A stretch of DNA of 64,000 bases from Candidatus Borrarchaeum weybense (GCA_019057385.1 JAHQJS010000007.1:619685-683684), one strand, 5' to 3'; shown: positions 38,607 to 49,074, numbered from the stretch's first letter. Numbers and translations are program-made. The notes: generated from the letters alone by a model not told the origin.

Positions 38607-38969
38607 TCATTCTTTCATTTTCGATTCTATACTGCCTGAGAACTTTTGTAATTCATCAATTATTACTGGGGAGATTTCTTTTCCACTTTTTGATGGCCAC
38701 GCAATAAAGCGAATATCATCGTCAACAGTTCTAAATTCAAGACGGACTTTATGCTTCTTTTCTACCTTTTTTTCGACCTCAAGCCCTCCTCCTAGGTCAA
38801 TTTTCTTTTTACCGATGATTTTACCTCCTACGCTTTCCGTTACATCCCACTCACCTTTGATAGAATATCCTCGCATTATAAGTTGGCTTTTGTACATGTT
38901 CACGAAGCTGTTGACCTGATCTGCTAGACCCTCAATTCTGAGATCAACTATCAGTTCACTATCAGACAT
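38607..38969 (-). CDS. hypothetical protein
   Basis: 120-aa ORF, GAGGTG SD. Confidence 0.7.
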   Translation of the reverse strand: MSDSELIVDLRIEGLADQVNSFVNMYKSQLIMRGYSIKGEWDVTESVGGKIIGKKKIDLGGGLEVEKKVEKKHKVRLEFRTVDDDIRFIAWPSKSGKEISPVIIDELQKFSGSIESKMKE

Positions 38970-38999
38970 CTTTACACCTCGATATACATTAAGGACAGC

Positions 39000-39197
39000 T
39001 TAGTCTTTGGCATAATACATCAGTTGATCATGTAGGAAGAAATACTCGTTCTTGCCGACATGGAAAACTATTTTTACACCTAATGTATTGGCGAGTTCCA
39101 CTAGTTCTTGTACGCTTGACATTTTTATATCCCAAGAATCTTTAAGTTTCTTATCGCTAATCCTTACTGTATCAGGGGTTACAATTTGTGCAGACAT
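39000..39197 (-). CDS. small hypothetical protein
   Basis: 65-aa ORF, GGTGAG SD, TATA upstream near 39253-39259. Confidence 0.65.
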   Translation of the reverse strand: MSAQIVTPDTVRISDKKLKDSWDIKMSSVQELVELANTLGVKIVFHVGKNEYFFLHDQLMYYAKD

Positions 39198-39460
39198 CTC
39201 ACCACATCCTCCTTATTCTTACTTTTTAACTTTGCATTATTACGAAACCTACTTATATACTTTAGGACAAATATAGAAGTTACAAATTGTAACAAGTAGA
39301 TGTTTGTTTTCATATATCACTGTCTTAAAATGAGCCGCAAATTGATAAAATGCTTTAAAAAAGAGAAGAGAGTTGCAAAATCATTAAATTACTCAGAAAA
39401 ACTCATACTCCATTAAAAAGAATTAAAAAAAGTTAAAAAATGAAAAAATGAAGACAAAAG

Positions 39461-40384
39461 TTATTTCTCGTCGTCTTCAACTAATTTCTTCAATCTTACC
39501 TGTCGTAGTGCTTCTTTAACATCGTCTTGCTGTATCTCTTGTTCCTCAAGTTCAAGATCAGCTTCCTCTACTGGAGCAGAAGTTGCTACTGTTTCAGCAC
39601 GCATGCGTTTTCGTTTCATCCCTTTTTCTTTCAATGCACTTGAAACTCTCATCTCGATATCGCTTTCACTTAGCGTAACCCCTGGTGACTCAGCTTGGAT
39701 TTTCTGTAATTCTTGTGCTACAAATTCTTCGATTTTCAGTTTTTCAAGTTCGCTTTCGGCCACTCCAGTAATCAAAGACACAAGCAGATTAGCTTTTTCC
39801 AAGGGAATAAATGACCCCTTAGTAATTTCTGCCACTTCTTTGTACACATCTACCGCCTTTTTATAGGCCGCAATTTCAGGAAAACATCCAACAGAGTAGA
39901 TTAGAATACCTTTATCGTAAGCTCGCTGTGCTTCAGTTTTCCAGTTTTTTCCTTCAGGACAACCTTTTGGAAAATTGTCTCCACTAGGTTCTACTCCATG
40001 TGGTGGTGCATCACCCATCCATATAACAATCTTTGATGCTTTTTCACGCCAACTCAGACGAGTAATGTCAAATAACGCATCACACACCGCTTCAGGACCA
40101 TCACCGCCGCCATCAGCGTACATAGAAACAATTGCCTCTTGTATTTTGTCTGAATCATCATTAAAAGCAAATATCTTGGTTATAAAGCTCGTATCTTCTG
40201 GTGGATGGTCTCTATAACCTACTAGGCCAATTCTCAAAGAAGAACAGAGTTCTTTCACCCTGATGGTATGTATGATTTCCAGGATTTTTTGTTTCACGGT
40301 TTCGATGTAGGGTCCCATGCTACCCGTTTCGTCAACCATGAAGCACAGATCTAGTTGTCCAAGTTTTTCGGTAACGTCACTCAT
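39461..40384 (-). CDS. vWA domain protein
   Basis: DLCFMVDETGSM (MIDAS), GYRDH, GGGDGPEAV, GDAPPHG. Confidence 0.9.
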   Translation of the reverse strand: MSDVTEKLGQLDLCFMVDETGSMGPYIETVKQKILEIIHTIRVKELCSSLRIGLVGYRDHPPEDTSFITKIFAFNDDSDKIQEAIVSMYADGGGDGPEAVCDALFDITRLSWREKASKIVIWMGDAPPHGVEPSGDNFPKGCPEGKNWKTEAQRAYDKGILIYSVGCFPEIAAYKKAVDVYKEVAEITKGSFIPLEKANLLVSLITGVAESELEKLKIEEFVAQELQKIQAESPGVTLSESDIEMRVSSALKEKGMKRKRMRAETVATSAPVEEADLELEEQEIQQDDVKEALRQVRLKKLVEDDEK

Positions 40385-40539
40385 TTTTTTCCCTCTTATT
40401 TCTATTAAATTTACAATTGCTGACATTAATGAAAAAAGAATGTCCATTTTATGTAGAAATGGATTTCGAGTGATATATTTCTAACTGAAATTGACTTTTC
40501 TGTTTGATAAAAAATGAGATTATAGTGAATGATGCAAAA

Positions 40540-41781
40540 CTATACATTCACAAGTCCAGGATCAATTTCTAGTGCCTTGTCATAACATTCATTAGCTCTA
40601 TCACGTTCGCCTAAATTATAGAAAGCTAATCCCATGTTGTACCATGCATCTGCAAGTTCAGAATCAAGTTCCACAGTTTGTTGAAAACATTCGAGGGCTT
40701 TAGAGTGTTCACCTAAGTTACCATAATTGACTCCCATGTTCAACCAAGCAGTTACATCCTCTGGGTCTATTTCCACAACTTTTTGATAGCAGTCAATTGC
40801 TTTCTTGAATTTACTTTGTTCTCCGTAAACCCAACCCAAATTATACCATGCATTCACAAATTCCGGTTCAAGTTCCACTGCTTTCTTATAGCACTCAAGA
40901 GCTTTGTCATGATCTTCTAACTCGGTATAAACATTTCCTATGTTATTCCATGCAAATTCATGTTCAGGATCAAGTTCTATAACTTTTAAAAAACAGTTAA
41001 GTGCATTTTCGTTTTCATCTAACTCTATGTAAGCGATTCCCAGGTTATACCAAGCCCATAAAAAGTCTGGGTTAATTTCTACTGCTTTTTGATACGATTC
41101 AGTCTCTGTCTCAAAATTATCCAATTCCGCATAAACCAGTCCCATGTCGTACCAAACTTCGGCATCCTTAGGATTAGTATCTACAACTTTCTTGTAACAC
41201 TCGATAGCTCTATTAAACTCTTCCAACTCTTCATAAATCCGACCCATATTGTGCCAAGCGTCAGGATACTCGGGAATAATCTTTACAGCTTCTTGATAGC
41301 ATTCAAGCGCTTTATCGTATTCGCCTAGATTGTTATAGATCCAACCCATATTATACCATGCTTCTGCAAACTCAGGATCGATTTTAATCAGTTGTTTAAA
41401 GCAACCACGAGCCTTTTCGTATTCACCTAACTCTCTAAAGGCGATTCCCATATTATACCAGGCATCTTGATATTGAGGACCAATTTTGATTACTCTCTTA
41501 TAGCAGTCAATCTCCTTACTATATTCACCTAATTCACCATATGCGACGCCCATATTATACCACGCATCTGCATCCTCAGGAATAATCTCTATTGCTTTGT
41601 TATAGCAATCAATCTCCTTGTGAAACTCACCTAACTCTCTGTAAGTAACACCCATGTTGTACCATGCTTTAAAATAAGTAGGATCGACCTCTAATGCCTT
41701 CGTATACTGTTCTATTGCTTGCTGATATTGACCCTGTTCGGAATATTCATTTCCTCTCTCATTATATTCCTCTGCTGACAT
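40540..41781 (-). CDS. TPR-only protein (about 12 repeats)
   Basis: Regular 34-aa TPR units. Confidence 0.92.
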   Translation of the reverse strand: MSAEEYNERGNEYSEQGQYQQAIEQYTKALEVDPTYFKAWYNMGVTYRELGEFHKEIDCYNKAIEIIPEDADAWYNMGVAYGELGEYSKEIDCYKRVIKIGPQYQDAWYNMGIAFRELGEYEKARGCFKQLIKIDPEFAEAWYNMGWIYNNLGEYDKALECYQEAVKIIPEYPDAWHNMGRIYEELEEFNRAIECYKKVVDTNPKDAEVWYDMGLVYAELDNFETETESYQKAVEINPDFLWAWYNLGIAYIELDENENALNCFLKVIELDPEHEFAWNNIGNVYTELEDHDKALECYKKAVELEPEFVNAWYNLGWVYGEQSKFKKAIDCYQKVVEIDPEDVTAWLNMGVNYGNLGEHSKALECFQQTVELDSELADAWYNMGLAFYNLGERDRANECYDKALEIDPGLVNV

Positions 41782-41869
41782 TTTCTACCACTTCCAAGTC
41801 CATTTTTCGTTCCTCTTATCAGAAACATAGTTAGGAAGAATTCTTCGTTTAAAACGTATCACGGAAAGG

Positions 41870-42805
41870 TCATTTTTTTACCAAATTTGGATTGATTTTA
41901 ATCGCCTTTTTGTAGCACTCATCAGCTTTCTCAGTGTAGCCTAATTTATCATAAGTTTGCCCCAGATCGATCCATGCATCTACGTATTCTGAGTCGATTT
42001 CTAGTGCTTTTTTATAACATCCAATAGCTTTTTTAAACTCACTTAAATCGTTATAGACGGCACCTAGATTATTCCAGGTATCTACATCTTCAGGATCAAT
42101 TTTTAATGCACTATAGAGATAATCAAGTGCTTTCTTATGTTCACCTAACTCCTTGTAGATCAATCCCTTACCTGTCAATGCCTCAGCATACTCAGGACTG
42201 ATGTCCAATGCCTTTTGAGCAGCATTTAGAGCACTATTAAAATCGCCCATCTTGGAGTATATTATTGCTATATTGAGCCATGCAGAAGCATGCTCAGGAT
42301 CAAGTTCTACCGCTGCTTTATAACAAGCTATCGCCTTTTTGAACTTGCCTAGTTGATTATAAGCTGTCCCTTTATGCGTCCAGGTTAAGGCATCCGTTGC
42401 TTGGATATTCACGACTTTTTTATAACAGTTCATGGCTTTATTAGGCTCTCCAAGAATAATATACACATCTGCCATGACAACCCATGCATAGGTATAATCA
42501 GGTGCAATTTCCACCGCTTTTTGATGACTTTTTAATGCTTCTTTAAATTTGCCTAGCTTCCCATACATTAATCCCATCATTTGCCACGCTTTAGCAAATC
42601 TAGGATTGATGTCAACTGCTTTTTTAAAAGACTTTAGCGCAGTTTTTAACTCGCCTAACATGTAATATGCAATTCCTATGTTACTCCATGCGCCATAGTC
42701 TCTTGGTTCTACCTTTAATGCTTTCCTGTATTCTGTGATGGCTTCATGATATTGTCCCTGCTCCCAATACTCATTTCCTCTGGCATTATAATCAGGTTCA
42801 GACAT
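41870..42805 (-). CDS. TPR-only protein (about 9 repeats)
   Basis: Regular 34-aa TPR units. Confidence 0.92.
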   Translation of the reverse strand: MSEPDYNARGNEYWEQGQYHEAITEYRKALKVEPRDYGAWSNIGIAYYMLGELKTALKSFKKAVDINPRFAKAWQMMGLMYGKLGKFKEALKSHQKAVEIAPDYTYAWVVMADVYIILGEPNKAMNCYKKVVNIQATDALTWTHKGTAYNQLGKFKKAIACYKAAVELDPEHASAWLNIAIIYSKMGDFNSALNAAQKALDISPEYAEALTGKGLIYKELGEHKKALDYLYSALKIDPEDVDTWNNLGAVYNDLSEFKKAIGCYKKALEIDSEYVDAWIDLGQTYDKLGYTEKADECYKKAIKINPNLVKK

Positions 42806-42916
42806 TCTTAATTACTCCATAACGATTGTTCTCAATTGTCGAAAGCACATCAAAATAACTTAAACATGGTTTTGAATAAAAAGAAGAGATGATTCATAAA
42901 TCACTCAAAATAAAAC

Positions 42917-44065
42917 TCATAAGAAGACCTTTTCTGCTGCTGATACTCCTGCTCCTAATTCAATATCAAATCCAAGTTCTTTTAATACCAATTCTGTCAT
43001 TTCTAACATTAAGAGAACCTCTCTATCTGTACAAAGATTCATATGCGCTGCACGAAATATTTTTCCTTTTACTTTTCCTTGCCCACCGGCAATTAACACT
43101 TTGTGCTTTAACATAGTTTTTCTAAATTCGGCGTCATCTAATCCGTCCAAATATTTTACTGCGGTAACTGTATTCGAGGCGTATTGTTGATCAGCAAATA
43201 AATCAAAGCCAATAGTTTTCATACCTTCCCGCATAGCTTGTGCACAAAGTCTATGTCGCTTTACACGGTTTTCGTATCCTTCTTCTAGAATCATTTGAAA
43301 CGCTTTATGCGCTGCATAAAACAATGGTAGTGCGGGTGTATACGGTGTATCGTATTTTTTGAAACTATTTCGATGTTTTTTGAGGTTTAAATAATAGGAA
43401 GGAATATCAGATCTGTTCTCAATAACTTCCCAAGCTCTCTGATTGACAGCTATCATACCTAATCCTGGTGGAATCCCTAAGCATTTTTGAGAGCCAGTAA
43501 CTAAAACATCAAAACCCCATTTATCAGTTTCACAATAATCTCCACCAACGGATGTTATAGCATCGACAATAAGAAGTTTATCATATTCTTGGGCAATTTT
43601 TGCGATTTCCTCTCCGGGTTGTAAAACGCCTGTAGAGGTTTCATTATGAGTAAACGTAATAAATTTGATATTGGGATTGTTTTCAAGTACAGCTATCATT
43701 TCATCAAGATTTACTGCTTTACCCCATTCAACATTAACTGGAATTGATTTCCCACCATAGGTTTGAGTGATTTCAATCCAGCGTTCAGCAAATTTTCCAC
43801 CCATGATGTTAAGAACCTCATCACCTTTAGAAACCAGATTTGCAATAGCTGAGTCCATGGCTGATGTCCCAGATCCAGAAAAAATAAACATGTCGTTCTG
43901 AGTTCGACAGATTTCTTTTAACATCTCTATGGATTCCTTAAGGATTTCCCGAAATTCGTTTGTCCTATGACCATAGAGAAGGCGATTCATAGCCTGATAT
44001 ACCTTAGGATGTATTTCCACTGGGCCAGGAATCATTAGCCTAATATTTTGTTCATCCATTTTCAA
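42917..44065 (-). CDS. class V aminotransferase (serine-pyruvate / archaeal phosphoserine aminotransferase type)
   Basis: LMIPGP, HNETSTG, VDAITS, GSQKCLGIPPG, TPYTP. Confidence 0.9.
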   Translation of the reverse strand: MKMDEQNIRLMIPGPVEIHPKVYQAMNRLLYGHRTNEFREILKESIEMLKEICRTQNDMFIFSGSGTSAMDSAIANLVSKGDEVLNIMGGKFAERWIEITQTYGGKSIPVNVEWGKAVNLDEMIAVLENNPNIKFITFTHNETSTGVLQPGEEIAKIAQEYDKLLIVDAITSVGGDYCETDKWGFDVLVTGSQKCLGIPPGLGMIAVNQRAWEVIENRSDIPSYYLNLKKHRNSFKKYDTPYTPALPLFYAAHKAFQMILEEGYENRVKRHRLCAQAMREGMKTIGFDLFADQQYASNTVTAVKYLDGLDDAEFRKTMLKHKVLIAGGQGKVKGKIFRAAHMNLCTDREVLLMLEMTELVLKELGFDIELGAGVSAAEKVFL

Positions 44066-44176
44066 ACCACACTTAAAGTAATTAATATAATATCTTTGGT
44101 TTACTTTGTGAGTTTGATTTAAAGTTTTGGAAATCTACCAAAGCAATTACATTTTTAACTTAATACGTGTTGTTAG

Positions 44177-45430
44177 TTGACTAAAGGGATGAAAATGTGT
44201 GCACATGTATTTCTTATAGTATGTGATGGAATGGGGGACCGTCCGATTGAAGAATTAGATGGAAAAACCCCTGTAGAATTTGCAAATACTCCATGGTTAG
44301 ATAAATTATCAGAAGTTGGAATTAATGGAATTATGCATACACTTGGTACACCAGGCATAGTTCCTGGGAGCGATACGGCACATTTAGCGCTTTTTGGATA
44401 TGATCCACATATCTATTATTCGGGCCGTGGAGCATTCGAGGCTTTAGGTGTAGGATTGGAAGTAAAGGAAGGCGATGTAGCGCTACGAGGTAATTTTGCA
44501 ACGGTTGATGAGAATTTAAACGTATTAGACAGACGTGCTGGACGATATGTTCCTGAAGGTGATCAACTCGCAGCAGTAGTCAATGGATTAAAATTACCGG
44601 AGGCTCCTGATGTCGAAGTGATAGCAAAACATGCTACTCAGCACAGATGCGCTGTTATTCTCCGTGGACCGGGATTAAGTCACAAGGTTACAGATACTGA
44701 CCCTCATGAGACTAATGCAAAAGTAAAAATTGCTAAACCTTTAGATGATAGTGAAGAAGCACAAAAAACGGCAAATATCATTAATTCATTATCAGGAAAA
44801 TCCCATGAACTTCTCAAAGACCATCCATTGAATAAACAACGTCAAGAACGTGGAGATTTGCCTGGAAACATCATTATTCTTAGAGGTGCAGGGCAAGTAC
44901 CCAATGTAAAATCATTAACTCAGTTATATGGAATTAAAAGTGCAGTGATATCAACAAATGCGCTTTATCGGGGAGTTGCTCTAAGTATTGGAATGGAACA
45001 CCTTCCAGTCTCTGAAACAAAAGGAGACTATATCGTACTGGCAAAAAAAGCACTTGAGCGTTTCGATAACTATGATTTGTTCTTTATTCATGTTAAAGAC
45101 ACAGATAATGCCTCTCACGATGGAAATGCTGAAGAAAAGGTAAAAGTGATTGAACGCATTGATGAAATGATTAGTTATTTGTTCCCAAAAGTTGAAAGCA
45201 AAGAAGCGTATATCTGTGTAACTGCTGATCATACTACTTCAGTGAAAGCAAAAAACCATGTCGGTGACGATGTGCCAGTCGTTATAGCGGGTCCAGAAGT
45301 CCGTAGTGATTCTGTTAAGTCATTTTCAGAGAGAGCCTGTGCACTGGGAGGGCTTAATAGAATTCGAGGCATAGATATTATGCCTATATTAATGAGTTAT
45401 CTAGAAAAGACACCCATGTTCGGCTCATAG
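44177..45430 (+). CDS. apgM: 2,3-bisphosphoglycerate-independent phosphoglycerate mutase, archaeal type
   Basis: DGMGDRP, PGSDTAHL, GRGAFEA, DNASHDG, TADH. Confidence 0.92.
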   Translation: MTKGMKMCAHVFLIVCDGMGDRPIEELDGKTPVEFANTPWLDKLSEVGINGIMHTLGTPGIVPGSDTAHLALFGYDPHIYYSGRGAFEALGVGLEVKEGDVALRGNFATVDENLNVLDRRAGRYVPEGDQLAAVVNGLKLPEAPDVEVIAKHATQHRCAVILRGPGLSHKVTDTDPHETNAKVKIAKPLDDSEEAQKTANIINSLSGKSHELLKDHPLNKQRQERGDLPGNIIILRGAGQVPNVKSLTQLYGIKSAVISTNALYRGVALSIGMEHLPVSETKGDYIVLAKKALERFDNYDLFFIHVKDTDNASHDGNAEEKVKVIERIDEMISYLFPKVESKEAYICVTADHTTSVKAKNHVGDDVPVVIAGPEVRSDSVKSFSERACALGGLNRIRGIDIMPILMSYLEKTPMFGS

Positions 45431-45617
45431 CCGCTTTCTATACTTTTTTAAGAGATTACTTGAATTTCAATGCAGCATTTCATATCTTTCTATCGAAAAT
45501 AGAATTATACCAATAGGAAGTAATTATAAAGCTAAAATCCTTTTTAAAAAAGTGTTATAAGCTCACTAAACTTCGATACTAAATAGAAATTATTAATGTC
45601 AAGAAGTTGATGTAAAC

Positions 45618-46595
45618 ATGGTCTGGCCGCCTCCCTATGGTGCACCTCCACAAAAACGCACTTCATCTACAGAAATAATTCATATATTAGTAGGAACCGT
45701 TCTTGTGTCACTGGTGATAGGATCGTTCTTTTTCGATCCGCTAAATTTGTTTGCGGACATTGCAATGAACCAGGATCAAATATTCTTATTTGTGTTAGTT
45801 TCGTTCCTAGCAGCACCTGCTTTCATCCTGCACGAGTTAGCACATAAATTCGTGGCTCAAAAATATGGTTTTTGGGGAGAATTCAGACTTATTCCTTTTG
45901 GCGTCGTCCTTACTATAATCTCAATAGTTTCTCCGTTTAAGTTAGTCGGACCTGGAGCTGTGATGATCTCTGGGGCAAATATCACACGAGAAAAAAATGG
46001 AAGGATTTCTTTGGCAGGACCAATAACAAATTTCATATTGATTGGGGTCTGCCTTCTTTTCGTTCCATTTTTACCATTCGAGATTGTTGGTCAACCATTT
46101 CTTGTAATACTTGCCCAGCTTAATGCTATTATTGCTGTATTTAATTTATTACCAGTCTCACTCTTGGATGGAAAGAAGATTTACAAATGGAATAAGACTG
46201 CATGGTTAGTCTCTATTGCTCTATCTGCATTCTTTTGGGTAGTTCTTCTTTTTTTAAGCGTATCGCCGTTCATCTGGGTTTTAATGGGAGTTGGGGTGTT
46301 AAGTGTTGCTGCGTTAATCTATTGGAACTTCTTCAGGGAAAAAAAAGGAAAAGAGATTGAAATAATTGATGCTTCAGAAATGCCATTTATTCCACGATTC
46401 ATTAGAAGTTCATCAGAGAGTGCATCAGAGGAAAAACCAGAGACTAAGATAAAATCTATGCTTGTTAGTGAGTGTGAACAATGTGGAAAAGCAGTATTTC
46501 TTCCTTTTAGGTGTTGGCGATGCGATGGGTTCTTCTGTTATGACCATAGATTGCCAGAAAACCATAACTGCCCTGCATTGAAGGGAGCAGGTTAG
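45618..46595 (+). CDS. M50 site-2 protease with C-terminal AN1-type zinc finger
   Basis: HELAH, AGP, FNLLP..LDG; CEQC..LPFRCWRC..FCYDHRLPENHNC. Confidence 0.88.
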   Translation: MVWPPPYGAPPQKRTSSTEIIHILVGTVLVSLVIGSFFFDPLNLFADIAMNQDQIFLFVLVSFLAAPAFILHELAHKFVAQKYGFWGEFRLIPFGVVLTIISIVSPFKLVGPGAVMISGANITREKNGRISLAGPITNFILIGVCLLFVPFLPFEIVGQPFLVILAQLNAIIAVFNLLPVSLLDGKKIYKWNKTAWLVSIALSAFFWVVLLFLSVSPFIWVLMGVGVLSVAALIYWNFFREKKGKEIEIIDASEMPFIPRFIRSSSESASEEKPETKIKSMLVSECEQCGKAVFLPFRCWRCDGFFCYDHRLPENHNCPALKGAG

Positions 46596-46694
46596 TTTAA
46601 ATTACTTTTTAGTTCTAAATAGAAAAAGGAAAGCTAAGAGCTCAAAAAAACTCTTAAAGTTGAAGAATTAAGTTGCTAATCTGATTTTAAGAAA

Positions 46695-46730
46695 AGCAAA
46701 AAAGAAAAAAGAGTAATTAAGAAAGATTTC
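46695..46730 (-). terminator. oligo-T terminator downstream of histone copy 1 (similar tracts near 47325-47340 and 48020-48034)
   Basis: A-tract pairs on the plus strand just past each histone stop. Confidence 0.6.
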
Positions 46731-46740
46731 ATGCACACAT

Positions 46741-46944
46741 TTAACCTTTGATTGCTAGGTTAATGTCAGACATCATAACTTTCTTTCGTCCGGCGTGTTT
46801 GGCAAATCCGACCGCTTTCCTCGTGAGTATCTCACATTGTTCTTCAAGATAGTCAACGAGTTTCATTACAGCGCCCTTAGCTACCAATTTTGCGCCAGAT
46901 TCTTTCATAAGATCTCTAACTGGGGCAATTGCTAATCGAGCCAT
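46741..46944 (-). CDS. archaeal histone (copy 1)
   Basis: 67 aa, LAIAPV..GA..V..HAGRKKV..DI.LA histone fold. Confidence 0.93.
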   Translation of the reverse strand: MARLAIAPVRDLMKESGAKLVAKGAVMKLVDYLEEQCEILTRKAVGFAKHAGRKKVMMSDINLAIKG

Positions 46945-47140
46945 AAAATCAACTCCACTTCAAAGAATGAACTGGTTTCATTCTTTCTGAAAAGTATTTC
47001 AGTCTTAAACCAATATATAAAGCTTCTGGTTGCCTCAACCAAGTTCCCCATTTAAAACTCATCATGAACTCGATACTCAACGAAAATCTTAATGATCATT
47101 ATAGTGCGCGCGCTATTGGAGGTAATCAGAGACTATAGCT
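46945..47140 (-). promoter_or_regulatory. histone promoter/leader conserved in all three copies (also about 47575-47770 and 48269-48460)
   Basis: Minus-strand CCAGAAGCTTTATATA (BRE/TATA) and the AAGAATGAA-N5-TTCATTCTT inverted repeat in each copy. Confidence 0.8.
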
Positions 47141-47370
47141 ATAATATAAGTATAATTCGAAGGCGACTTATTTGGGTGATGTGCTACACGCGCACAAACA
47201 TATAGTTCAATCAGAATCCACTCTTTAAGTCAATCACAATAGAATCAACTTTTCATAATATGTGTAAAAAATTGCTAGATTAGCTATAGGAAGATACGTG
47301 ATTAGCATAGCGGATTCTAAAATATAAAAAAAAAGAAAAAGGGGTATAAAGAAAGACTAGACACACACAT

Positions 47371-47574
47371 TTAACTTTTGATTGCTAGAGAGATGTCGGA
47401 CATCATAACTTTCTTTCGTCCGGCGTGTTTGGCAAATCCGACCGCTTTCCTTGTGAGCGTTTCACATTGCTCTTCAAGGTAGTCAACGAGTTTCAAAACT
47501 GCGTCTTTAGCTACCAATTTTGCGCCTGAGTCTTTCATAAGATCTCGAACTGGGGCAATTGCTAATCGAGCCAT
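47371..47574 (-). CDS. archaeal histone (copy 2)
   Basis: Near-identical paralog of copy 1. Confidence 0.93.
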   Translation of the reverse strand: MARLAIAPVRDLMKDSGAKLVAKDAVLKLVDYLEEQCETLTRKAVGFAKHAGRKKVMMSDISLAIKS

Positions 47575-48064
47575 AAAATCAACTCCACTTCGAAGAATGA
47601 ATTGATTTCATTCTTTCTGAAAGATCTTTGTACTATAATGACTATATAAAGCTTCTGGTTGCCTCAACCAAGTTCCCCAAATCAAGATACTCATGAACTT
47701 GGTGCTTATCGAAAATGTGGGCAGTCCATACCGCGAGCGCGTACTCGGAGTCAATCAGAGACAATAGATATTACTGAAATATTACCTCATAGCTACATAT
47801 TTGGATGACAAAATATACCAACTTATGGCACGATTTAACCATGATTCCCATTTCTATTATTTTTCATCATAGAGAGTATCACTCAACAAATAACTCAAAT
47901 CCGTCTAACAATGAAAGCTCTACCTCAGAATAAGACTAAAATTTGCACAAAACTTTGGTTTAAATATCTAGCGAAAGCTACGCGAAGATAAATAACTAAC
48001 TTAATGAATTGCAGACACTAAAAAAAAGAAAAAAGGGTAGTTAAGAAAGATTCGACGCACACAT

Positions 48065-48268
48065 TTAACCTTTGATTGCTAGGTTAATGTCGGTCATCAT
48101 AACTTTCTTTCGTCCGGCGTGTTTGGCAAATCCGATCGCTTTCCTCGTGAGTTCTTCAACTTCTGCCTCAAGAAATTCAACGAGTTTGGATACAGCATCC
48201 TTAGCTACCAATTTTGCGCCAGATTCTTTCATAAGATCTCTAACTGGGGCAATTGCTAATCGAGCCAT
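48065..48268 (-). CDS. archaeal histone (copy 3)
   Basis: Paralog that differs mainly in helix 2. Confidence 0.93.
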   Translation of the reverse strand: MARLAIAPVRDLMKESGAKLVAKDAVSKLVEFLEAEVEELTRKAIGFAKHAGRKKVMMTDINLAIKG

Positions 48269-48799
48269 AAAATCAACTCCACTTGCAAGAATGAATTGAT
48301 TTCATTCTTTCTGAAAGGTATTCAGTCCTAAGCCAATATATAAAGCTTCTGGTTGCCTCAATCCAACTCCTCATAATAAGACCATCATGAACTAAGTACT
48401 CATCGAAAGTTTTGGTATTCCATACTACGAGCGCGCAATCGGAGTCAATCAGAAACTATAAACATCACAAAAAACTTGATTCATTGATACTCATTTGGAT
48501 AACCATATGCACATATTACCTGTAGAATTTAACATAAATTTTGTTTTTTTGGATAAAAAAATGCTTAGATCACTATTACAAAAAACAATCTGTTTCCTTT
48601 ACCGATTTCACTGAAAAAGGTTAAATCATTATTTAGAGCCATAAAAGCTTATCAGGATATCAATTGCAGTTTATATTAATTGAAAAAATTCTTCTAAGTG
48701 TTTTTAGTCTTTTTGTCATTACAAAGCGCGATAAAAAACTGTTTCTTTTGTGATTTTCTATTTTTTTAAAGTGTATGCTCTACTAAATTGTGTGTTGAT

Positions 48800-49030
48800 G
48801 TGAGCTACCTCGTACTAAAGCATCGAGGCTTCCTGCTTCTACGACAGACTCGATCCCCTTGTCGGGTTACGGAGGTCATATCTCCACAGGCTTAACATCC
48901 CTACGCCCCGTAGGTACGGTTAACCATCGTGATGCAATCGAAGTATGCACCTTGTCTACAAGTGTGCGTATTATCCCTCCAATTGCCGTTGATATCTCGT
49001 TATACCAACTATATAACTCTTAGGGAGACC
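48800..49030 (-). mobile_element. internally deleted TnpB derivative retaining the omegaRNA / right end
   Basis: Reverse complement shares GTACCTAC..CGTAGGGATGTTAAGCCTGTGGAGA and GAAGCAGGAAGCCTC..GAGGTAG(C/T)TCAC with 14843-14990, plus a STAIGGIIRTL coding remnant. Confidence 0.8.
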
Positions 49031-49074
49031 CCTCGATCTAAGTGATAAAATTGAACACACATTATTGCAACTCA

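Noticed and set aside
46695-46740. Eukaryote-like histone 3' stem-loop
   Set aside because: The 3' regions show only ATGTG and T-tracts, with no such hairpin.
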